The notes beneath the pieces were generated by a model. It saw only the letters and a program-made list of their open reading frames with translations, was not told where the DNA came from and made no database searches. A program made the position numbers and the translations under genes. A stretch of DNA of 64,000 nt from Verrucomicrobiales bacterium (GTDB taxonomy: Bacteria > Verrucomicrobiota > Verrucomicrobiia > Verrucomicrobiales > DEV007). Every line of letters starts with the position of its first letter. Position 1 is the stretch's first letter. The stretch spans positions 29,560 to 93,559 of the forward strand of contig JBBCIU010000023.1 in assembly GCA_037190325.1 (NCBI GenBank). The letters run 5' to 3'. Of this stretch, positions 9,177 through 16,828 are shown in pieces.

Positions 9177-10969
9177 GGCGCGGCGACGGTTTCGGACTTC
9201 GCTGGGGCGGAGGGGCCGCCTGCGGGGGTGCCGGTGAGGAGCAGGTGGGTCTTTTCCCAGCTCAGTCCGGGATGGGTCGGCAGGGCGAAGGCGTCCGGGT
9301 CGCGGACCTGGGCGAAGAAGCGGTTCCGCTCGGACCAGAGGGCGTCGACGCGCTTCCGGGTGCCCGAGCTGAATGCCGCCGCCGCGTTCGCCCATTCGAG
9401 ACGTTTCAGGCTTTCCGTGTCCTTGGTCTTTTCGAGCGGGATTCTCTGGCCGGGGGCCGCCGCGATGCCTGCGGCGAGAGCCCAGGTGCTTCCGTTCGCG
9501 TCGCGGTAGTGCAGGGCCGTGATCTCCTGCGCGAGATTCGAGACGAGCACGGGAGTGCCCTCTTCCTCGCCCCTGTATTCGATGCGGGCGCGGCTGGGAT
9601 CGGCGGAGCGGAGGAGGAAGCCCTGTTCGGAGCGGCTGCGGAAGAATTCCCCGTCGTAGCGGCCGCCGCCCATTTCGTAGGTGGATTTCCGTTCGCCGTA
9701 CCGCGAGAAGGGATTGAAGTGGCTTTCGGGGAGCTGGACGGGATTGAGATCGTAGGGGCGGCCGGTTTCGAATCCCGGCGAGACCATCACGCCGGTGCGG
9801 CTGATCTGCTCCTGCGTCGTATAGAGCCGGGTTTCGCCGGCGGTGGGCTGAAGGTCGGCGAGGACGACGCGGACGCCTTTGCCGCCGACGCCGTCGATGA
9901 AGAAGATGAGGAGGACGATGAGAAGGCAGGTACCCACGGAGATGACGGGAGTGGTGACGAAGAGACGGTGTCGGCGGCCTGGTCTGGCGAGATAGAAGAG
10001 GTTCACCGGCGCGACGAGGATGGCGAAGGCGAGAAGGAGGAGGAAGACGAAGAGAGGGTTGAACTCCTTCTTGCCGAAATCGGCCTGGAGAGGCCAGTTG
10101 CGCTGGTAGTCGCCCGCCAGGGCGGTGGCGGCTTGGGGAATGCCGCGATAGCGGTCGACGACGCTGTCGGGCAGCTCCTGGCCATCCCAGGTATGCAGGG
10201 CCACGAGGCCGAGGCTGAGGGAATGGGTGGCTTTGGCGTTGCCCGTGGAGGCGAGGGGAAGGCCCAGCGAGGAGGGGTCGATTTCCGACTCTCCGTAGAG
10301 GTCGAGCCTTCCCCCCGTTCTTACCCAGGCGACGAGGGCCTGCCGCTGGGCGGAGGATAGTGAGCGCCAGGCGGGTTCGTCGAGAAGGAGGGCGTCGAGT
10401 CCGGTGTAGCCAAGCCAGTCGACGGGCAAGTGGCCGGGATCGAAGAGTTTCGCGAAATAGGGATCGTTGGAGTTCTGGCTTTTGACCTGTTCGTCGAGGC
10501 GGGTGAGGCTCCGCTGGGCGAGCGCTTTGCTCATCGCGAGGACGGGGAAGCCTTGCGGAGTCTGCTCGCCATGGCTGCGGGTCTCCGCAGGCAGGCCGGA
10601 CGCGGTCACCACGATCGTGAGGTTGCGGTAGTCGTAGGCGAGGAAGGCGGGGGAGAAGGGGAGGATGGCTTCGCGGACGGCTTCGGCGCCGTTCTCGACC
10701 TCGATGCGGAAGGTGGCCTGGGTGGAGAGCGGACGTCCGTAGTTGCCCTCGGTCATCTGCACGTTCCAGACCCGGGCCTTGCCGCTGTGGTTCCGGACGG
10801 TGATGCGGAAGGGCAGGGCCCCCTGCTTGGCGGCCGCGCCGAAGACGCTCTCCAGCGCGACGAAAGTGTCGGGATGGTCCCGGTAGTCGTGCCGGAAGAT
10901 CTGCTCGCCGCCGTGCACGCCCGGCGGAAGGAGCGCGGCGAGCAGTGCGAAGAGGAGGCGGGGGGGCAT
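9173..10969 (-). CDS. Exported/membrane protein with class I GATase-like middle region
   Basis: Signal peptide; LDALLLD...AQRQALVAWVRTGGRL; two TM helices; overlaps ABC ATPase start. Confidence 0.7.
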   Translation of the reverse strand: MPPRLLFALLAALLPPGVHGGEQIFRHDYRDHPDTFVALESVFGAAAKQGALPFRITVRNHSGKARVWNVQMTEGNYGRPLSTQATFRIEVENGAEAVREAILPFSPAFLAYDYRNLTIVVTASGLPAETRSHGEQTPQGFPVLAMSKALAQRSLTRLDEQVKSQNSNDPYFAKLFDPGHLPVDWLGYTGLDALLLDEPAWRSLSSAQRQALVAWVRTGGRLDLYGESEIDPSSLGLPLASTGNAKATHSLSLGLVALHTWDGQELPDSVVDRYRGIPQAATALAGDYQRNWPLQADFGKKEFNPLFVFLLLLAFAILVAPVNLFYLARPGRRHRLFVTTPVISVGTCLLIVLLIFFIDGVGGKGVRVVLADLQPTAGETRLYTTQEQISRTGVMVSPGFETGRPYDLNPVQLPESHFNPFSRYGERKSTYEMGGGRYDGEFFRSRSEQGFLLRSADPSRARIEYRGEEEGTPVLVSNLAQEITALHYRDANGSTWALAAGIAAAPGQRIPLEKTKDTESLKRLEWANAAAAFSSGTRKRVDALWSERNRFFAQVRDPDAFALPTHPGLSWEKTHLLLTGTPAGGPSAPAKSETVAAP

Positions 10970-11038
10970 GGGACGGGAGGGATTGGAGAAGGAGAGAAGG
11001 CGGGAGGTCTACGGGGCGGTGGCGATACCTCTTTCGGC

Positions 11039-12040
11039 TCAGGTGTTTTTCAGCGTGGGAGCGAGGTCGAGAGACTGGCGGGGCACCTCGGCGAGAAGTT
11101 CGCCGACGACGTCTCCGGCGCTGCGTCCTTCGATGCGGGCCTCGTACTGCAGGACGATCCGGTGGACGAGGACGGACGGGGCGACGGCGGCGACGTCCTC
11201 GAAGCTCGCGTTGATCCTCCCCTGCATGAGGGCGCGGGCCTTCGCGGCCGAGGCGAGGGCGAGAGCGGCCCGGGGGCTGGCTCCGTAATGGATCGCCGCA
11301 GAGGCCTTCGATCCGGCGTGGGTGGCGTCGACGAGGCGGGCGATGTAGTTCGCGACGACCTCGGGCAGGTAGATGGTCCGGACCGCGGCGACGAGGGAGG
11401 CGAGCTCTTCGCGGCCGAGGACGCGCTCGACGCTCGGCTCGACGCCGATCTCGCGGTTCAGCACGATTTTCTCCAAGGTCGCGACGGAATTGCGACGGAC
11501 TTCGAGCTTGAAGAGAAAGCGGTCGAGCTGGGCCTCGGGGAGCGGATAGGTGCCCTCCAGCTCGATGGGGTTCTGCGTGGCGAGGACGAAGAAGGGCGAG
11601 GGCAGGGGGTGGGTCGTGCCGAGCACGGTGACGCGTTGCTCCTGCATCGCCTCGAGCAGGGCGGACTGGGTCTTCGGCGAAGCGCGGTTGATCTCGTCGG
11701 CGAGGACGAGGTTGGCGAAGAGCGGTCCTTTCTGGAAGACGAACTCGCGCCCTTTCTCCGTCTCCTGCAGCACGGGATTGCCGGTGATGTCGCCGGGGAG
11801 GAGGTCGGGAGTGAACTGAACCCGCTTGTTCTCCAGATCGAGCGTCTTGGCGAGCGCCTTGACCAGCTCCGTCTTGCCGAGGCCGGGCAGGCCCTCGAGG
11901 AGCAGGTGGCCGCGGGCGAGCAGTCCGGTGACGACGAGTTCGACGAGCGCCTCCTGTCCGTAGAGCGCTCCGTTGAGGGCGGCGAGAAGCTGGCGGACCT
12001 TGGCGGCGTGGGCGGAGACTTCGGATTCCTCGATCGGCAT
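11039..12040 (-). CDS. moxR: MoxR-family AAA+ ATPase (module 1)
   Basis: GHLLLEGLPGLGKT; QFTPDLLPGDITG; LADEINRASPKTQSALLEAMQE; ATQNPIELEGTYPLPEAQLDRF. Confidence 0.95.
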   Translation of the reverse strand: MPIEESEVSAHAAKVRQLLAALNGALYGQEALVELVVTGLLARGHLLLEGLPGLGKTELVKALAKTLDLENKRVQFTPDLLPGDITGNPVLQETEKGREFVFQKGPLFANLVLADEINRASPKTQSALLEAMQEQRVTVLGTTHPLPSPFFVLATQNPIELEGTYPLPEAQLDRFLFKLEVRRNSVATLEKIVLNREIGVEPSVERVLGREELASLVAAVRTIYLPEVVANYIARLVDATHAGSKASAAIHYGASPRAALALASAAKARALMQGRINASFEDVAAVAPSVLVHRIVLQYEARIEGRSAGDVVGELLAEVPRQSLDLAPTLKNT

Positions 12041-12081
12041 GGCGGCATTGAACCCGAGGGTTCGCCGAAATGCCAAGGGAA

Positions 12082-12156
12082 AATCCGAAATCCGAAGCTC
12101 GAAGTCCGAATGGAAGAGGGGAAGAAGTCCGGGCTTCGAGCTTCGGATTTCGGATT
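12082..12156. repeat. Perfect 23-bp inverted repeat built of heptamers (REP-like), 29-nt spacer
   Basis: aatccgaaatccgaagctcgaag (12082-12104) / cttcgagcttcggatttcggatt (12134-12156); second smaller IR at about 12161-12198. Confidence 0.9.
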
Positions 12157-12318
12157 CTGGTTTTCGGGGATTTCGCGCCCGCTCGAAATCCCCGAAAACT
12201 AGCGTTTGATTTTTTCCCGTTCGAAGGTATCAAGTTCCCCTTCCGCCGCCAAGGAGCGGAAAGCTGGCGCCAGGCGAGCCGAATCGCAGGCGCCCCAAAA
12301 CGAAATCAGAATCGGGTT

Positions 12319-12564
12319 ATGGTTAAGATCAGAATGAGACGCGAGGGCACGAAGGATCGTCCCTACTACCGCATCGTCGTGGCGGACGGACGTGCGCGCC
12401 GCGAAGGGGCCTACATCGAGCAGGTCGGCACCTACGATCCGCTTCTCGACAAGGAGAACTACAGGATCGACCTAGCCAAGGTCGACGAGTGGATCGGCAA
12501 GGGAGCCCAGCCTTCCGACACCGTCCGCAGCCTCATCAAGAAGGCCCGCCAGGCATCCGCCTGA
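12319..12564 (+). CDS. rpsP: 30S ribosomal protein S16
   Basis: [41 protein letters not shown]. Confidence 0.97.
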   Translation: MVKIRMRREGTKDRPYYRIVVADGRARREGAYIEQVGTYDPLLDKENYRIDLAKVDEWIGKGAQPSDTVRSLIKKARQASA

Positions 12565-12605
12565 CGTCTTTTTCGTGACAAACGCCGCCGCAGGCGGTAA
12601 ATCGG

Positions 12606-12633
12606 AGGGTGTGCCGCGAGGCACGCCCTTTTT
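12606..12633 (+). terminator. Intrinsic terminator-like hairpin after rpsP
   Basis: agggtgtgcc-gcga-ggcacgccct followed by T-run. Confidence 0.65.
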
Positions 12634-12654
12634 GCTTTTCCCAAAAGATCCCGA

Positions 12655-12909
12655 ATGGAGCCCGCACTCGCCATCCAGGAATTCCTCGACTACGTCGTCG
12701 GCGGGCTTGTCGAGCATCCCGACGAGGTCGTGATCGAGCGCGGCGAGCGCGACGGCGTCCATCTCTACCGGATCCAGCTCCATCCGGACGACAGCGGCCG
12801 CGTCATCGGACGCGGCGGCAAGACGATCTGCGCCATCCGCAGTCTCGTCCACGCCTCGGCGCAGAAGCACCAGATCCGCGCCGATGTGGAGGTGGTGGTG
12901 GAGCAGTGA
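12655..12909 (+). CDS. khpA: KH-domain RNA-binding protein (KhpA/YlqC)
   Basis: LVEHPDEV...LHPDDSGRVIGRGGKTICAIR; canonical position after rpsP. Confidence 0.9.
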   Translation: MEPALAIQEFLDYVVGGLVEHPDEVVIERGERDGVHLYRIQLHPDDSGRVIGRGGKTICAIRSLVHASAQKHQIRADVEVVVEQ

Positions 12910-13023
12910 GATCGGAGCTCTTTGTTGTGGTGGGCCCGGCAGGGAAAGTTTTAGGTTCCGGGACACACACCAAGACGCTCGGCAGCGCTTGCTGCCATCG
13001 GGCTGGAAACTGCCCGCTTCCTC

Positions 13024-14028
13024 TTACCCCCCGATCGCGACCATGCGCCGCCCCGGCTGGTAGTTCTCGCGGAAATCGTGGCGCTCGGGCTTGCGGTCGA
13101 CGACTCGGAGGATGAGCCGGGCGAGGTCGGCGTCCTCCGTCGCGGGATCGCGCAGCGCCTCGCGCAGATCGAATTCGAGATGGCTGCCGAGACAGGGGCG
13201 CAGCTTGCCCTCGCAGGTGAGGCGGAGCTTGTTGCAGGTCTCGCAGAAATGGAGGTTCGTGATCGCGCCGATGAAGCCGAGGATCTGGCCGGTCGCGGCG
13301 ACCTCGTAGTAGGAGGCGGGTCCGTTCGTGCGGATGTCGGGGCGCGGGACGAGCTTCCCGAGCCGGAATTCGAGGAGCCGCTTCGCCTCGCCGACGGAGA
13401 GGAAGTTGTCCTCGGTGAGGACCTCGGTCGTGCTCACGGGCATCAGCTCGATGAAGCGCAGGAGCAGGCCTTTCTCGCGGGCGAAGGCGGCGAGATCCCA
13501 GAGTTCGTGCTCGTTGCGGTGGCGCATCAGCACGGTGTTGAGCTTGATCCGTTCGAATCCGGCGTCGCGTGCCGCCTCGATCCCGGCGAAGACGTCGGGG
13601 AGCAGGTCGCGACCGGTCGTCTTGGCATAGGCGGCGCGGTCGAGGGTGTCGAGGGACAGGTTCGCGGTGCGGACTCCGGCGTCCCGCAGGGCGCGGGCGG
13701 TGGTGCGGCCGTCGGGCACGGGGCGGGCGAGGAGGGTGCCGTTGGTCGAGATACCGAGGTCGCGGAGTCCGGGGATCTTCGCGAGCTGCTCGAAGAACCA
13801 GACGACGTCGCGGCGGGTCAGCGGCTCGCCCCCGGTGACGCGCACCTTGGAGATGCCGAGACGGGCGCCCACGCGGACGACGCGCAGGATCTCCTCGTAG
13901 CTCAGCACCTCGGAGCGGGGCAGCCAGTCCCGCTCCTCCTCCGGCATGCAGTAGGTGCAGCGCTCGTTGCAGCGGTCCGTGATGGAGACTCGCAGGTAGC
14001 TGATGCGGTGGCCGAAGGGATCCTCCAT
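13024..14028 (-). CDS. moaA: GTP 3',8-cyclase (radical SAM)
   Basis: LRVSITDRCNERCTYCMP; TGGEP; FCETCNKLRLTCEGKLRPCL; C-terminal IGG. Confidence 0.96.
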   Translation of the reverse strand: MEDPFGHRISYLRVSITDRCNERCTYCMPEEERDWLPRSEVLSYEEILRVVRVGARLGISKVRVTGGEPLTRRDVVWFFEQLAKIPGLRDLGISTNGTLLARPVPDGRTTARALRDAGVRTANLSLDTLDRAAYAKTTGRDLLPDVFAGIEAARDAGFERIKLNTVLMRHRNEHELWDLAAFAREKGLLLRFIELMPVSTTEVLTEDNFLSVGEAKRLLEFRLGKLVPRPDIRTNGPASYYEVAATGQILGFIGAITNLHFCETCNKLRLTCEGKLRPCLGSHLEFDLREALRDPATEDADLARLILRVVDRKPERHDFRENYQPGRRMVAIGG

Positions 14029-14040
14029 GCGGAAAGCGGG

Positions 14041-14493
14041 TCAGCGCAGCCGCTCCCAGGCGACGACCTTTCCGTTCTCGAACTCCACGGTGCGGTCGAG
14101 GTAGGGGACGTAGTCGAATCCGGTGCCGTAGCCCCAGCCCGGTCCGTAGCCATAGCCGTAGAGCGGGTGGACGCCGAAGCTTGAGTAGAAGGGATGCGGG
14201 CCGAAGCTGCCGTAGCCGACCGAGACACTGCTGACCGGCGCGGTGCGGAAGTAGGCCCAGCGTTCCCGGCCTCGGCCGCTCCGGCTTCCGCTCATGACGC
14301 GGCCCGGGCGTCCCCAGGCGAGGAAGACGGCGTCGGTCGACATGCCCTCGGCCACGACGCCGCGCCGCACGTTGTCCTTCTCCTTCTGCGAGAGGGCGGC
14401 GAATCGCTCCGGATGCTTCCGGATGCGCTGCTCGACGGGATTCGTGGCGCAGGACGCGAGGAACAGGGCGAGGGCGAGGAGGAGCGTTCGCAT
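14041..14493 (-). CDS. Small lipoprotein, SmpA/BamE-like with Gly/Tyr-rich insert
   Basis: MRTLLLALALFLASC lipobox; GMSTDAVFLAWGRP; ERWAY; FENGKVVAW. Confidence 0.7.
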   Translation of the reverse strand: MRTLLLALALFLASCATNPVEQRIRKHPERFAALSQKEKDNVRRGVVAEGMSTDAVFLAWGRPGRVMSGSRSGRGRERWAYFRTAPVSSVSVGYGSFGPHPFYSSFGVHPLYGYGYGPGWGYGTGFDYVPYLDRTVEFENGKVVAWERLR

Positions 14494-14561
14494 GGGCGTG
14501 GGACTTAAGGAAGCTTGCTCCGGTCCGGCTGGGCTTGCAAGCGTTTCCGCAGGGAGAGGAC

Positions 14562-16772
14562 TCACACCGCTCCCGCCATCTTCCGTCCGATCCAGAAGAG
14601 CGTCAGCAGCCCTACGATCGCTCCGATCCATGCCGGATGGGCCCAGAGGCGGAGGCGGCGCTCGATCGGTTCGGGCGAGGGCAGGGAGGCGACGCGTTCG
14701 CGGATTCTTGCGGGATCGACGGTGGCGAGCAGCTCTCCCCGGGTGAGGCGGGCGATCTCGTCGAGCACGTCGTGGCGGGCCGGTTCGCCGACCCGCTCGA
14801 CGGCGGTGCCCTGGACGGTCACCGTGGTGTCGAGCGATCCTCCGTTTTCCGCGCAGGTCATGGAGAGGCGGTGCTCGCCGGGTTCGGAAGGCGCGAAGGT
14901 CCCCGTGAACAGTCCCCATTGCTCCTCGCCACCGGGCTGGAGACGCACGGTTTCGACCCGGCCCGAAGGAGCGGCGATCTGCACGACGACGGTGGCGGAC
15001 TGGAGCGGCTCGCCGCCGACGCTCATGACGTTCGCGTTCAGGGTGAGGGTGTCGCCGGTGCGGGGCCGGTCGGGGGAGTAGAAAAGCCGCATGCGCCCGT
15101 CGCTCGCCATGTTGCGCTGATAGGCCATCCAGCGGGCGACCTGGCCCCAGAAGCGGTAGTGGTACTTGTCCTCGACTCCCTTGCGCCAGCGCCAGGCGCC
15201 ATCCGTGCCCATGAAGAGAATCTTGCCGGTGCCGTAGGTCTTCGTGGCGATCAGGGGGATGCGTCCATGGCGGTTGGATTCCGAACTGTGCGTCGCGAGC
15301 ACCTCCGATCCCGGCTTGGCGCGGACGACGCCGGCGTACCACTGGAAGCCGGGGAGGGAAGCCCAGACGTTCGCGTTGGCGTTCTCGGTGTCCTCGAGAC
15401 GGGTCAGCAGGCTGCGCGCGCCGAGTTCGGTCAGTTCGAACTGTCCCGGCGTGGCCGATCCCCAGCCGCGTGGCTGGGCGGGGTCGAGCTGCACGGGAAA
15501 GAGGTCTTCCAGCACCGTGTCGAGCAGGGAGATCTGATGCCCGCGGAACCCGGGCATGAGGATCAGTCCCGCCGCCTGGGCGACGACCTGCTGCTTCAGG
15601 GCCGTGACTTGTTCGAGGGTGAGCTGGCCCTCCGCCACGCCGACGTCGCCGAGGACGATCACGTCGTAGGCGGAGAGGGCGTCGGACTCGGGGAAGGTCT
15701 CGAGATAGCCGGGGCCTCCGCCGGGCCCGCTGCCCTCGGGATGGAAAAGGAGGCAATTCACCTCGACACCGGGATCGCGTTCGAGGGCGTTGCGGAGATA
15801 ACGGTACTCCCATCGGGGAAGAGATTCGACGATCAGCGTTTTGAGGCGTTCCCTGCGGATGGCGATGGGGGCGGAAAGGGTGTTGTTCGAAAGGTCGCGC
15901 TCCTCGTCGGCGGGGGGGAGAGTCAGGGTCAGTTCGTAGTCTCCCTCGGCTTTCGGCGTCCAGAGAAGGGTGTCCTGGACGCGGCCCATCGCCGGGAGGA
16001 CGACTTCGGCGGCGATCGTTTCGCCTTCGTTCGTTCGGATTTCGAGAGCGGAGGAATGGTTCCGGGGCAGGGCGCTGGAGAGGGTGAAGGGCAGGCGCAC
16101 CGGTTTACCGACGAGACCGAAGGTGGGGGCGTCGAAGGCGGTGACGGCGAGGTCGGGCAGGCGCGTTTCGCTGCCGACGGGGACGGCGAAGACGGGAATG
16201 CCCTCCATGCGGTAGCGCGTCGCGGCGCGGGAGGGGGCTTCGCCGGTGTTCCAGTCTCCGTCCGAGATCAGGACGACGGCGGCGAGGTGAGGATGGCGGT
16301 CGAGCAGGCCGGCGAGAACTCCCCCGAGGTCGGTGCCGGTTTCCGGGGTGGTGGCGCCGCCCTCGCCGGGGAAGGGTTCGACCACGATGTCGAATGGCTC
16401 CGAGAGCGGGGACCAGATGTCGGGATCGCTCAGCTCCGCTGCCAGGCTTTCGCGCGAACGCGGGGCGGAGCCGGCGTGCTCTCCGACCGGGACGTCCTCG
16501 GTCCCCATGCTGCCCGAGGCGTCCCGCAGCACGGCGAGGACGGGCTTGCGGTCGGGTGGCTGGGTTTGGCGCCACTCCGGCTGGTTCAGAGTCAGGGCGA
16601 CCGCCGCGACGGAGAAGAGACGCAGGGTCTCGAGCACGCCGCTGGACAGCGAGAAACGGTTGCGTTTCCAGATGAGAAAGGAAAGGACGGCCGTGGCCAA
16701 GCACAAGGCGATGCCGAAGACCAGCGTCGCCGGAGTCCAGGAAAAGGTCAGTTCGCTGTGGGAGGGAGGCAC
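14562..16772 (-). CDS. VWA + Ig-like + GATase-like membrane protein (MoxR module 2)
   Basis: MIDAS RDASGSM; LISDG; PRWEYRYLRNALERD; YDVIVLGDV; YRFWGQVARW. Confidence 0.82.
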   Translation of the reverse strand: MPPSHSELTFSWTPATLVFGIALCLATAVLSFLIWKRNRFSLSSGVLETLRLFSVAAVALTLNQPEWRQTQPPDRKPVLAVLRDASGSMGTEDVPVGEHAGSAPRSRESLAAELSDPDIWSPLSEPFDIVVEPFPGEGGATTPETGTDLGGVLAGLLDRHPHLAAVVLISDGDWNTGEAPSRAATRYRMEGIPVFAVPVGSETRLPDLAVTAFDAPTFGLVGKPVRLPFTLSSALPRNHSSALEIRTNEGETIAAEVVLPAMGRVQDTLLWTPKAEGDYELTLTLPPADEERDLSNNTLSAPIAIRRERLKTLIVESLPRWEYRYLRNALERDPGVEVNCLLFHPEGSGPGGGPGYLETFPESDALSAYDVIVLGDVGVAEGQLTLEQVTALKQQVVAQAAGLILMPGFRGHQISLLDTVLEDLFPVQLDPAQPRGWGSATPGQFELTELGARSLLTRLEDTENANANVWASLPGFQWYAGVVRAKPGSEVLATHSSESNRHGRIPLIATKTYGTGKILFMGTDGAWRWRKGVEDKYHYRFWGQVARWMAYQRNMASDGRMRLFYSPDRPRTGDTLTLNANVMSVGGEPLQSATVVVQIAAPSGRVETVRLQPGGEEQWGLFTGTFAPSEPGEHRLSMTCAENGGSLDTTVTVQGTAVERVGEPARHDVLDEIARLTRGELLATVDPARIRERVASLPSPEPIERRLRLWAHPAWIGAIVGLLTLFWIGRKMAGAV

Positions 16773-16828
16773 GGGAGGGGCGGCCTATGGCCGCGTGGGG
16801 GAAGGTGAAACGTCTCGACCGGAGAGGG

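Noticed and set aside
8160-12233. 1357-aa ORF appearing to fuse an N-terminal extension to the ABC ATPase
   Set aside because: Only the last 338 aa (from 9176) are ATPase; the rest is an off-frame read through moxR and the 598-aa gene.
12910-13023. Several short hairpins between convergent khpA and moaA
   Set aside because: No recognisable ncRNA motif; GC-rich hairpins are expected by chance or as bidirectional termination.
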